From the NCBI RefSeq assembly GCF_964204645.1, contig NC_134026.1:24152150-24216149 (forward strand): a DNA stretch of 64,000 bases, given 5' to 3'. Shown here in pieces: positions 41,601 through 55,500 of this stretch. Numbering within the stretch: position 1 is the first letter of the stretch; every line of letters starts with the position of its first letter. Under the pieces are notes generated by a model, which saw only the letters and a list, made by a program, of their open reading frames with translations, did no database searches and had not been told where the DNA came from. The stretch is from Tubulanus polymorphus. Taxonomy: Eukaryota; Animalia; Nemertea. Made by a program: the position numbers and the translations under genes.

Positions 41601-44600
41601 TTGCTTACGCAACTGATAGTTAAGCAACATAAGATTATATAATATCAATGATTTATAAAAATGTTTATACGTCCATGAAGTAGTTTTGTTTAAAGATTCA
41701 ATGTTACATGTACGTATGATTGAATAATGAGGATGTAGTGGAAAAATCCCAACGTTTTAGTTAGCCACTTAATAATTTCAAGATCAGGATAATAATTGTT
41801 AGGTTCAAAGAAGTATATTGTTCATTTATTTTGCCGCATAACCAAAGCGTTGAAAATGATGGAATATAACATTCTATTTCACCTACACATGCTGTTTAAT
41901 GGGAATGTCTATTTGAGATTAGCTGACACTCTCAGATGAGAAGTGCGGACCGATAAAACACAGCGAAATTGGAATATAACATTCTATTTCACCTACACAT
42001 GCTGTTTAATGGGAATGTCTATTTGAGATTAGCTGACACTCTCAGATGAGAAGTGCGGACCGATAAAACACAGCGAAATGTGAGGAATAGATACAATCTA
42101 TGCCTAGTATAAAAACATTTATACTGTATAGTCCTTATGAATATTGATAGTGTACTACTAATTACAAAGAATGTCGTGCAGGCGTGAAATTCGTGTTAGT
42201 TGATACTTGGTTTTTCGGATTTTATGCCTGTTTGATGGTGATTTCAAAGTCACTTCTGCCAGAAGTTCGATGTACGATTTCCACATGATGTTAAATGTTC
42301 TTTTATCGCTGAAGGTTAAGTTCCATGCTCCTTTACCCTTGTGGCGAAATTTCGTCACGGGTTGGGGGCGGTCTGTACGCTACGCATGAACAAGTTTTTG
42401 GTGCCAAATGAATGGTCGTTTATATGTTTTAGTATCGATTTCATGGTTTCGTAGACTTTTGGACCATTTAAGTTTGGACGCTCCGCGTGACGTCACCCAC
42501 TGCGCGCAATGATCAAAACAAACACAAAGACAAACACGATGTGAAGTCTATTCATAATGAGTTGACGTGCGGCTTTTTCTCCACATCAAAGAGCAGCTAC
42601 TGCTGTGAGCTGTCAGATAGCTGCTACACAAATGATCCATCACAGATGTGCTGACCCACTGCAGCCCAGCGTCCACCAAGAGTGAATAACTACACACACA
42701 TAACTTGCATCTCCAACCACTCAGTTCTTTAATATTACCAGGGAGGTGGGAGTTCACTCCCACCTCCCTGATATTACACAAGTCAGTTTATAATGCAAAT
42801 GATTTGGTTGACAAATTCATTATAAATATCAGCGATGATAAATGAAGAAATCTCACACTTCGAATTTAAAATTATATGATCAAATTTATTATTACGAAAC
42901 CACAACGTTTCGGCTGTTGACTAACAGCCATCATCAGGTGGAATGACCAGAAAAACAAGTTACAAAGCATATAAACTCACAGGATCTAAAATAGAAGCAG
43001 TGTGTCAAAACTAAAGATAAACAGACCAAGCAATAAAACACCAAGGGGTACCGTGGAAACCACAGCAATTCTAAACAGTTCAGAGTAAAAACAAATTATG
43101 TAACTAAGTGAAGTGGACTGAAGAGGGTGGCGATAACAGAGTGACACATAGTGACATTAACCCAAATCTAATAAAGAATTGATGTGTCTGGATAATAATT
43201 GGTTATGTGGAGAAAAACCAGTATTTAAATTAGTAGATAAATTGGATTTCGAAAGTTTACATATTAGGGCTGATTCCACTATGTGTCTCTTATTAATATC
43301 TTTACAAGGATAAATAAGTTTCGAATTCTGAAAGTCAAATTGGTGATTAGTTGTAAAGACATGATTTGCTATTCCACTCTCAGGCTTTTGGTTGCGGATA
43401 TCTATGTTGTGTTCTTTAATACGCTGACTAAGATTACGTCCCGTTTCGCCGATGTACATCATATTACAGTCTTTACATGATGATTCTTCGTCTGAATTAG
43501 ATTCAAACTATGTAATATGGATGCATCCGCAAAAGAGAGTGACTGGGTAGAAGATTATCGTAACTTTTTACACACTTATAGCTATCTGTTTTCAGAGCCT
43601 ATTTTGATTTGTTAGTTGATACAAATTACCTGGCTCGAGATAAAGTTTTTCCTATCATTTACTTCGACTAAAGCATAATATATGTAACCGACCACCCAAA
43701 TCAAGTCAAGTTGAATATGGGTACAATGTCGAGATGAAAACATATCCATGGTTTCCACACGAGAAAAAAAAATAATCAACTCAAATTCAATCATGATAAA
43801 CCCGTCCTTGTTCCTCGAGTAAACAAAAATGATGCCTTGTTTCTCCGCAGCGGCCGGGTCAATTTTTGTAAAATTTGATAAAATTAGTAAACAGTTCATT
43901 TCTAGAGCTGCTGGGTTTGTTATGGTAAAATTGATCACGATTTTTAAAAAAAAGTAATGTATAGGGTAGATAGGCGGCCGGCCGGGTCAACTTCTAAGCT
44001 CAGCAGAGCGGGGAAACAAGGTATCAATTTTTTTAGGCTTAAGCTAGTAGTAAATATATAAATACCATTTAGCGAGACAAATGTATGATGACAGAATAAC
44101 TGCAGTCTAGATTATTTCATTAATTGTTTTGGACACTGATTATGTACCGTGCTGCTTTTCAAATAGGGAAGTTTCCAGTTACAGGCGCCAGAAAATAGAA
44201 ATTGTCGCCTTTCAAACGATAATTTTGGTGTCAGAGGGGGGATGGACGACAATAAATCGTGCCAAAGGTTTTACTTAAAAAAATAAATAAATCTATCCAA
44301 CAACGGTACCTGTGGGACCACCTCAAAATGACGCCTAACTGGAAACTATTACATCACATGGCAACGGGGTTATCTAATATTCAAAATGAATGATGATTCT
44401 GTTTCGCGTATTTTTAGAATCACTCATTTTAGAATCACTCTAATCCGTGTAATGTTGATAAATAAAAAAGTTTCGCAATCGAATATAATGTGATAAAATA
44501 TGGAAGCAAAACCGGCTACTGACTACACACTGACCGGCTACACAGCCACGGTCAGGTGCAATTTCCAGTAAAGAAAAAAGCATACACTCACAGTACATTA

Positions 44601-46471
44601 GCAGGGTTAGCGGTAAAGGCCCCTTATTCTAAGTTAGGTAAAAATCCTCTACCTTTTGAACGGAGTATGAAACAATAACTATAAGGCGGATTTAGTCATA
44701 TTTATTTATTCAATGTATCTATATTTTATTGTACGGTGTACATAAGGATACCATCAACATACCAATTACTTTATACTACATTCTCAAAGTTATCGCACAG
44801 CTCGAACATATCGCAAGTTTGAAACAGGTCACCGCACAGTTAAAATGACACTTGCTTGAATTTAGAATGTTTAAAATATTAAGTGCATTATTTCAAATTT
44901 CTTTTTTTTCGCATCGCTCAGTGAAATGTAACACAAAGTAAAAATAGTCCACCGTTCGACGATGTTCCAGTTCTAATTGAAAAATGTTACAAATTAAGAG
45001 TTCACTTATTCTATGAATTCCAACAACCCCTTATTCGAAGAAATTATCATATGATTTAGGGGATTTTTACCGAGGGAATGTTTTCTCACTACTCATTAGC
45101 AGAAGCTGTTCAGAAAGTATAAAAATGTGATCTTTAGTCAGCGCATCAAAGAACATAAGCCTGAAAGTGAGGTTGCTAATCCCATTTTATCACCAATTTG
45201 ACATAAGAACTCGTTATTTATACTTTAAAAAAATGCAGACACATAGTGGAATCGGCCCTATAGGCCTAAATATAAACGGGAGAAATTTAACTTATACAGC
45301 ATTCACTTTCATACTGGGTGAAATTTTCCACATAGTAATTATCGGTATCTATCTATACGTATATATCAACTTTTTATTGAATATCCGTTTATTCTACAAT
45401 GGACGTCATAAACTAGATTATACTCCTTGATTCTACTAATATGTGTTTTATCCTGTAATGGACCAATGGACGCTAATACGAAGGGACGTAAAAAAGCGGC
45501 GTTAGATCATGACCAGAGCTGTAGACGGATCATATGGCAACGTTGAGATGGCTTTCCGATGAGATGACAGTATTTTGCCAATTATAGCCCCGCCGAATAG
45601 CTCTGAGCTAAGAGCAATCAAGCTCATTGCGTTGAGTTCATAATCTTACTTTACTATTTCGATTGAAACTAAAATTAAATTTTCAGTTGCGTCAGATAGC
45701 TTCGCCGGGGACAGTAAAAGAACTGGGTACATGTTACATCACCCATGATTAGTGACGGAGCAAATAAGCAAAACTAGGAAGAAAACAGCGAGAGGTACCT
45801 CAGTAACCACAGTCTTAACAATCTTTGACTCCATCCAATACGAGTATTAAAGCCCATGATTGGACATTATGTAACCATGGACAAGCCTACAGCAACACCA
45901 AGCTGCCAACATCAACCGATAATCTTGTTGGTAACGCTATTTTTGTTAAAATTGATATACTAAAAGTGGATTGATTTTTCTTCATCGTGGATATATACTT
46001 TAGTATTGCATAACATAATTACATAGCGTTGCGTTGTTCCAATTTCCTTTACTTAAAACGTCAAGCGCATGTTGTTCTATAAGTAAAACCTGAGGTTTCT
46101 TGAAAATTAATGATGTCGGTGCAATAATCTGTTGTATTATTTCAATACACAAATGCATCTTTCGGCAATATTCAAAATTTAGAGATTCAACTAAAATTTT
46201 CTCTCAAACTAAAACCTGAAGCTTTTTGAAAAATGGACTTTGTTGAGCCTATCCTCTCTAAAGTGATAAAGAATTGATTTGTTCATAGTTAGAATACATG
46301 TTATTTCATAGAGGATAGTTAGATACACCATCGATACACAATACACACTGTAAGGGCTGACTGTAGGTTTACAGTAGCCTACCAACCACTGGAAGAGTTT
46401 CATTTCAGGCGAATGAAATTACTCGGAGACTCCCACATACATTTTGGGGCGGCACCTCCTTTAAGTGTATA

Positions 46472-46541
<70 letters not shown>

Positions 46542-49500
46542 TGGTATTCCATAAACGGTACAGATCTTTACTGAAACGCACTCAGTTCAGTAAAATATCA
46601 AAGAATTTCGCTGCAAGTTAGTTTGCGTAAAACCTTGTACCCTCGAAGATCGCGATTATATATAAGTATATTATTTTGGAGCTGCAATCATGGCCAGAAA
46701 AGCCTACAAGAGGTTACACAATGCAAATCATTGCACTCTAGACGAGGAGACGGTAAAAGCGGCTATACAAAAATATGGTGTTCCGAATATTTCTCTTGGT
46801 GATTTAACTTGGGGTTTGATGTCCATTTTTATATACAAAAAAGACACCCCGAAATTACGACGTAAATTGTACGATTACATACGTCGCCATCCAAATCTCA
46901 TGGTCGATGATACACAACAAAATCAAGAACCGGAACCAATTGATCTACAAAGAAAGGCTTGGCTACCGGTAAGTTTCATATCTTTATAGTAACCTGTTAT
47001 TAAGCATAAGTCATGTGTAATTGAGAAAAACTCCAGCTGATTTGCGAAGAAAATATAGAAGATAAAACCTCCACCCCCACCACCTCCCTTGAAATACATC
47101 TATTTGTCGCGCGGTAATAACCGCCTATCTATACTAAACGATTGACACATTACGAGATCCTGGCGTGCTCTGGAAGGCCGATGGTTGCTTCATACGATTG
47201 AATATTGAATTTAAAATTGATTTCATAAAATGTTTCTAACGCAATATGTAGACTAGGCTGTTAAATCCATGTTTCGCGTTTTATCAAACATTTTTTTAAT
47301 ACAAATATAAATGATATTTCAAAAAATTGTTTGTAAGAAACTAAAAAGCTTCAGGCCCTGTACAGCAAGAAAAGTATCAGTTGCAACTAAAAATGTCTAG
47401 GGGGTTCTTGATGTGACTAAAATGTGTACTTGACGTTCTCATAACAAGATAATTGTTATGAGAATGTTTATAGTGTATTTTGTATGTGCATTATTTATTA
47501 ATGATATAATGGAATTTTGTTCAACTTCGTGGAAATCTCACTAAATTTTTCTTAAATTTTCAAACAATTCCTATCGTCCGCATGGTCGTTGTAGCGGCTC
47601 TGCATCATCGGTCGCAAAGTAACATTGCACACAGTCCCTTATTACTTCCCTGGAACCCACCCCTACAGAAATTGATGAGAAATGATTAAAAGTTAAACTA
47701 AAAAGTAAAAAAAATATACGTATTATCATGCAGCACAGAAATCTATAGTCTAGGAATGAAGTCTCCCGTAACAATTTGTAGTGATCATGAAAATAACACT
47801 GACATCCTGTCGCCAGAACTAGAATAGCTAAAAAAGTATATAAAATTGCGTCAGTCGTGTAAAGAATTTCAAAGGACACAGTCCAACGTTATAGAAAGTA
47901 AAATAAAATAGCGAAATATCGGTAAAGAAAGTTTTAAGTACTTTAAAATTCTAGATCCGCTCCGATAATCGATTATCCCTCCGTCTGTGTTTATGTTGTG
48001 GCTATACAAACTAATACTTGCAAGGAGAGGCATCATGTTTATTACTCAAGATGAAACTTAAATTTTAAGTGTTATCTTTAATGTTCAGGACATTTTTGAT
48101 TGTTGTCCACTGATATTTTAGGGCTAACCGGAATAGCCGTTGCACCAGCAGTTCACATAGATACCTGGTGCAAAAATAAACGATATCTCCATATATCTTT
48201 AGAACCACCTACTGGTAACCGCAAGTACTGGTAGGCCTGTAGGTGATCATAGCAAGGTGTGGGCAATAAATTAGCAGAAGCCGATGACAAGTAGTTAATT
48301 AAGCCTTTGCGCAGCATTCGTAGTCAATGCACATGCGTTATTACTCCAAAAGTGATGACAGCACAATGCGCTCTTGTGCTGCGCTGAAAATAAATAATCC
48401 CCTCTCCAAATCACCACTGATTTTAAATCCCCTCTCTGATGCTTGAAGAAAGCTAGTTATTACCACTGTCCATGGTTATTCACCCGTAAATTATATGATG
48501 TTTGGTATAAAACTCAACTTCGCGTATTTTGCTGTTGTTTTCGCCTTTGATCAACCTGCACCAGTAATTTATTGATTATTTCATTTTCTCAGTTTAAGGC
48601 AAAAAAATGATACCCTGTTTCCCATTCTCCGACCGAGTCCCATAAAGTACGACAAAAATCATAAAAATAAATGCTGCCGACCGGGCCTATTACCTTCTTA
48701 TTTTTATGATGCAGATAAAAACCGACCGGGTGGGTCAATATAAGTAGTATATGGTAATGAATTTACTTGTTTAAAATCAGATGCCAAATAGCGTGAGGTC
48801 GGGACTTGAACCTACGCCAACACTCCTGGGTAGAATCGCCGTTGTTCCAGAACCCGTAACGTCGACTGGTGTCCAGACTTCTAGATTAGTCTGGACACCT
48901 TTGCTTTTAACAGAAATACACTCGATCATTTCGACTTAATCACTCAATCATTTCGACTTTCGAAACTCTTGTTTCATAAAGAAATTAAAAAAAATGTTTT
49001 TGAAGTTGAAATTTAAAAATCAGATTCAAATTGGAAATATAAGGTAATTTATATTTGGTTCATGCTAATGATGATGATTCTTGTCTGGGATTTGGAGATT
49101 TTTATAATTTCATTTACTTTTAGATATTTAATTCGTGGCACTAAATAAGTATTTTCATGCGTTTGAATCACGCCAACTCCCCATACTAATGGCGTTTCTT
49201 CGATATTTACTAAAGCTTATTCTATAGAACGCTTTGTAGCCATGAGCGAAAAATCCTCGGTAGTTGGGAATGATCCAAGGTTTGGCAGCTAAACTAGGCA
49301 GAGTCTCTTGCTTATTGTTTCCATTCTGGCTATTTAGAAAAATAGTTGAATAGTTAACGTACCCTCGAAAATTGGGGAAAACAGGAAGATATGAATGAAC
49401 CAACATCTGGAAATCAAACTAGACCTACAAGTATACTATAATGGTATTTGACAAACAGTGAGAACTTCTAAAAACCATATCCTGTACATCTTTTTTATCT

Positions 49501-52500
49501 CAAAAATTTCAGTGGAAACAGTTTTGAAATGAAAATAAAGAAAGGCCGGCCTGGTGGAAATATGTCAAATTTCATACTTTTTATGGAAAAAATAAAAATA
49601 AAATGCTGCCTGCCTGGTCACTTTTGGGCATACAGTTTTCCTCTATAGATGAGAAACAAGGTATCATTTTAGGCCATTTATATAGGTTTCGAATTGTTCT
49701 ACCAGTGTCCCCGTACACAATCAAAGTTCGGTAAAGTGCAGCAATACACCATCTATCAAAAAAATAAGTATTTTTCGAACAGATCTGCACTTCTTGCACC
49801 GTGACTGATAGTAATATTTATTTGTAGGAATCCTGCAATAACATTCAAAATGAAGTTGATTTGACCAGCTCATCGAATTCGAGTTGCATAGAATCGACCA
49901 TATCCTCACCGATAACATATGCTGATATTGTTAAAGCCATGCAAACCTCTTTGTTAGCCGCTTCTGAAGAAAGCGATGATGACGGAAACAACGGCAGCAG
50001 TAGCAGCATTGACAAGGAAATTGATAAAGGTGCATTAAAAAATAAGGCCGAGTATATTCGGCTGACATCGAATGCAGCAACATCGTTATGGTCAAAAGCC
50101 TCCTTGATATCCCCAACGTATGCTGACATATTGAAGGCTACTCCACAATCGAACAGTGGGTCTAAAAGTCAACCGGAAATGGAATCTAGAGCTGTGCCTG
50201 AAAAAACACCACCTGTATGTGTTGAGCAAAGGAATAGTGAAATAGTGCACTCAACCTACGCCGATAAGTTGAAGGCCAACCAGCGAGTGAAATCACCCGC
50301 TAATGATTTTTCTACACATAGCTCGCTGGATGAATCGGAAATTGAGCCTATGGAATGCTCAAATGAATCAGTAGTGCGAAACGATATAGAGTCGTCGAAT
50401 GATATTTCATCACTTTCGCCAACGTATGCCGACATATTGAGAACGAATCCACAATCAAGCGGCGAGACTAAAAAAGAACCCGAACGGGAATCTACACCTA
50501 AAATAACAGTACCACCGGAAGTAAGGACACCACCTCAATATGCGGAGCTACAAAGAACTGCAAAACCTCCATCGTATGACGAAGTCATGCGAAACCGACA
50601 GGCCTATGTCCTCGATGACGAAAAAATAAATGGACCAAATCGGATGACATCAATTAACGAACAAGACGTTGAACCAATCAATACAAAAAACATAGAATTT
50701 AAACGGAATCCACCGCGGCATAAACGTAAACGTTATACCGACTTTTATCGTCCAACGGTCTTCCATCGCTTAGACAGTGGGAATATTAAATACTGCTACT
50801 GCCAGGAACCAAACGATGGGGATCCTATGGTGGAATGCGATTATTGTGGCAACTGGTTTCACTATCGATGTATGAAAACAGACATCAACACGCAAAATTT
50901 TACAGATGAAACAGCCGTATTCTGCTGTTCCAGTTGCACCTCTACTTTCATTCGTGGTTCTAGCAAACGGGGCATCGTGAACATAAAAAACACATGTTGG
51001 CTAATATCGGCAATACAAGCATTTTTGTCAACAAGTTATGCCGGATTTCTGCGGACGATGGATGTCGAGCGACCTGTGCAACGGGTAACTGATGTGGTTC
51101 AAAGGAAAATCCTTCGGATTAAAGATCAACTGTCGTGCATTATACAAATGGTTTGTACTGATACGTTTGATGAACCGTATGTGGGAAGAGAATTTATGGA
51201 CACCTTGATTGAAAGTGTTAATGAACTCCTTCCTGGAGTATCTAACGGTATTATGTTTGATTGTGACGATTTTGTACGCCAAATATTGACAAAACTGCTT
51301 GTGATGTTCGATCGCCAGGATAAACTTCGCTTTATCACAAAAACCTACTGTAAGCGTTTGAACCATCATCACGAATACATAAACAATGACCAACAATTTA
51401 ATGAATTATTGATAGGTCGCTACGCTATTCCGAATGATGATATAATGATGGCTATTCGGCGCTACTTCGAGGAAGAACGCAGAGACTGTCGATGCCCATG
51501 TCCACATTGTGAAACACAGCGTCAGCGTGAAACAGAAGAAGTCAGATATATACAAAAGATAATTAATCTGCCAAAAACGCTGATCGTAAATATGGCCCGT
51601 TGCAGGATTAACTATGAGGACGGATCACTTTTTAAGAACATGGACCCGGTGAAGCCGTCGTCGATATTAGATATGACATCATTCATGGGTGCTGACGCAC
51701 CGCAGTATGCATCTCGGTGTTACTGGTTGTCCGCAGTTATTGTGCATCGAGGTTTCGCAGCAGATAGTGGTCATTATGTAACCTATCGATTCAACCGCGA
51801 TGGGACCGTTACTTTATTCGATGACAGCGTGGTAAAAATTGTTCACCCACAATTAGCGGATGCGGATATCACTATCAATGGACAGATGTTCATATATACG
51901 ATAGATAACATCCACTGTGACGGGATACCAAAAACACAGGCCGAAAATTTGAAAGAAGTTAAACAAATGGAAAACCGATCTATTTCACCAAGGAAGTGCC
52001 GGTCACCAAATTCTCATGAATCGATTCATGAATACAAAAGTCCATCGTTCGAAGATAAAACGGTAAGTAGCGTAACGATGACAGACGATGACATTCTGAG
52101 TCACAGGACATTGGAGGCGCTTTCAAATACAATAGTAGAAATTGATGCATATGAAGCTCCGACACCGGAACCGGCACTATTTCAGTTAAAGGCTGACGAA
52201 TGGAATGAACTCATAAAAAAAGCAACCGTTATAACATCAAAGAAAAAGCCAGCTCAAAGACAAAGATCTCTACCACCGAATTGGGTAAACATATTTCATG
52301 ACTATATAAAAGAAAGCAATCCACATTGTACCATACAATTCAAGGGTCACCGAGTACGAGCAGCAAAATCAAGAAAAAGAAATGCTCCCTTATTTACAGC
52401 AACGGGTTATTGCAGCATTGGAAAGAACGAAGAAGATGTAAGGGAGTGCCCTTGTTCTATAAAGCTGGTGATGAATGATCAATTAAATTGCATAGTTACA

Positions 52501-55500
52501 TACACAGGTACAATACTACACGAGAAAGGTTGCAATAGCCGTAGATATTTCAGAGCAAATGAAAGAGATGAGATGAAAGCCCAATTACTGGATGAAAAGC
52601 ATCCCCGTAAATTACAAGATAGACATATAAGTCAACTTACAAAAACACAGCTAGCTTCCGGCAATTGGTCAGGTGCAACCGTATCCAGTGATGTTTATAG
52701 AAGTATGCAACATGAAGCCAGAAGAGGACTTCAAATGAATGATGATGTGTGGAAGAGTCTTATTGAAATGAAACAAAAATTCAAAATTGAAGACGGACTC
52801 GATGATGAGGACTTACCAGGATATGTACATCATATTGGAATAGATCCGGCCACCATACATCTCTATTCCCACGCAGGAATTAAAGCATATCACGACCTTG
52901 CAACAAACTTTCCCATATATTATGATGCAACGGGGTCAATTATAAGGAAGCAAAAAGATGGACCAGATTACTACTATCATGCATTAGTTATTCACAATCC
53001 AAACGTCAAACCAAGCACTCCTTTAGCAATAGCTGAGATGATAACCCGAAGCCAAAATGCACCCACAATTATATCATGGTTGGCAAACATCCAGCACGCC
53101 GAAAAACGAATTTACGGGTACAAAAATACGATATCACCATGCATTATTTCAGCTGATAGAAGCGCAACATTTTTGTTAGCCTGGTCGAAAATGATTAATT
53201 CTGAAGACGTTGCAGATCACTTGCAGAGAGCGTACCGAATAGTAACCGGTGAAGCTTCAAAAGATGATTTAGGAAAAACCATATACCATATGGGATGTTG
53301 CCACCTTATGAAGGATGCTAAAGTAATGGTGAAAAAGTACTATGCAGCAAATTATCGACTCGGCATGTACATTTTCAGCGTACTGGCAAACGTCTCTAAC
53401 CTGAAACGTTTTGAAGATCTATACTACAGCATTTGTTACGTATTGATTTCACAAAAAAACTCACCAAAAACTGCTGAGCACATGCGTAGACTGCAAGCTG
53501 CACTGGAAACATTGGGCACAGAGGAAGAAGATGTTATAAAAAGCACCTATGTCGAACCCGAGGTAAAAAATAACGATGATGAGGGCGGGGATGAAGAGAT
53601 GTCTAATCGTTTGACAGAAGAAGAATTCATTCATTCGAATAAAACTTCGTCATTTGCTAAAATGGGTAAGAAAATACTGGAGAGGGTGCGAGCGGATATC
53701 TTGACAGAACGTGCAAACGAGTACATTGAGGAAAACCCTGCAGTATCAGAAACATTACTGAAGAAGATACAAAGTCATTACATTCCGACTATACCATTAT
53801 GGTCTAACATGCTGCGTGGGGACCTCAGACGACACTTCCCAAACGGAAGTTCGCAGCGTGAATTCGTTCGCCTCACCGGTACCGTACCCAAAACACAAGG
53901 ATTAATTGAAGAATTTTGGAAAGATGTCAAAGGTTCGATGACCAATTACATTCGCTGGCGCCCAGATGTATTTGTATCTAAAGCCAAAGATTTCCACGTA
54001 TCCAGGTGCAAAAAGTTTTTCATGCAGTCTACTTTAAAGAAAAAGACAAAGCGTGCTGGGAAACGATTAAAAAGTCTGACGAAAGAGAAGTGGCATCATA
54101 CGCCAACAGTTCTAGGCAGAAAAATGACTGGTAACAGTAACACAAAGAAAAAAGGCCACTTCCAAAAACCTCCCAAAACTCCAGTGACAGCTCGAAAAAA
54201 AACTGATTCCACAAAATTGCAGAAAAAGATCACTCAGGCAGGAGAAAAGAACAAAGCAATTGGCATTTCAACAAAACGGAAATTGACCTTCGAACCAATG
54301 ATCAAAAAAGTTAAGTTTGATAACTCGACACTCAACAGAAGTGACCACGAAAAGACGGTAAACGAAATAAACTTCCATCCAGGAAATACATCAACCCCTA
54401 AAATGAAGAAGGTGATCACATTTAACAAACCTAAAAATTCTGTTGAAGTCATCACAATATCACCTGAGCAACAAGAGAAAAACAACAAAAAGATCGTCTT
54501 CAGACACGCCTATCACTTGTCATTAAAGGTAATAGGAAGTATCTTGAATTCAAAGGAATGGCTAACCGATGAAGTGATTCATGCATATGCAGAAGCTGTT
54601 TTCTGTAATACTAATGCCAATTTCCTAACAAGTTTTTTCTACAGCGCCTGCTTGAATAAAAATCAAACCACAGATCCAGTGGTATATCTCAAAGATGACA
54701 TTACTGATAAAAAGTATCTTTTTATACCAATCAATAGATCTAATCATCATTGGGTATGCGTTATCATCAATACCGAAGCAAGGCATTTGATATATCTAGA
54801 TCCTACCAATAGAAGTGGCCCTACACTGCATGGACAACAGGCAATAAAGGTGATAAAGGATGTTTTTCAACGGAAAATGGGAGAAACCTTCATGGAAAAC
54901 TGGACAGAGCTATACGACCCACCAAGTAAAACTCTGCAAATTGACTTAAGCAACTGTGGTGTATACATTTGTGCATATTTCGAATCAATGTTGATATCAT
55001 CAAAATTGTCATTCAATCTCAGGGAAAACTGGACAGCATTAAAGTATCGGAAGAAGATGCATGCTATTCTGATGAAAGCCAAGTCTAATGCAGTTACCTA
55101 TTAAAAAGTCTAATGCAAAGTATCCACAAGGGTCAACAGTTTGTATGTTGGTTTGTTGAGGTTCTGAAATATCACTTTCCTATCAGGGTCGAGTCATCGG
55201 TCCACGCGATGCCAGTATACCTACTAGGGTCAATAGTTTGTATATGTCGGATTTTTTTAAAGTTCTGAAATATCAATTTTCCCTATGAGGGTCGAGTCAT
55301 CGGTCCACGCGATGCCAGTACCCACTAGGGTCATTGTATATGTCGGTTTATTGAGGTTCTCAAATATCAATTTTCCCTATCAGGGTCGAGTCATCGGTCC
55401 ACGCGATGCCAGTACCCACTAGGGTCATTGTATATGTCGGTTTATTGAGGTTCTCAAATATCAATTTTCCCTATGAGGGTCGAGTCATCGGTCCACGCGA

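Noticed and set aside
42158-42500. Possible third cargo gene with a nearby TGACGTCA site
   Set aside because: Frames are short and interrupted, with no recognisable motif.
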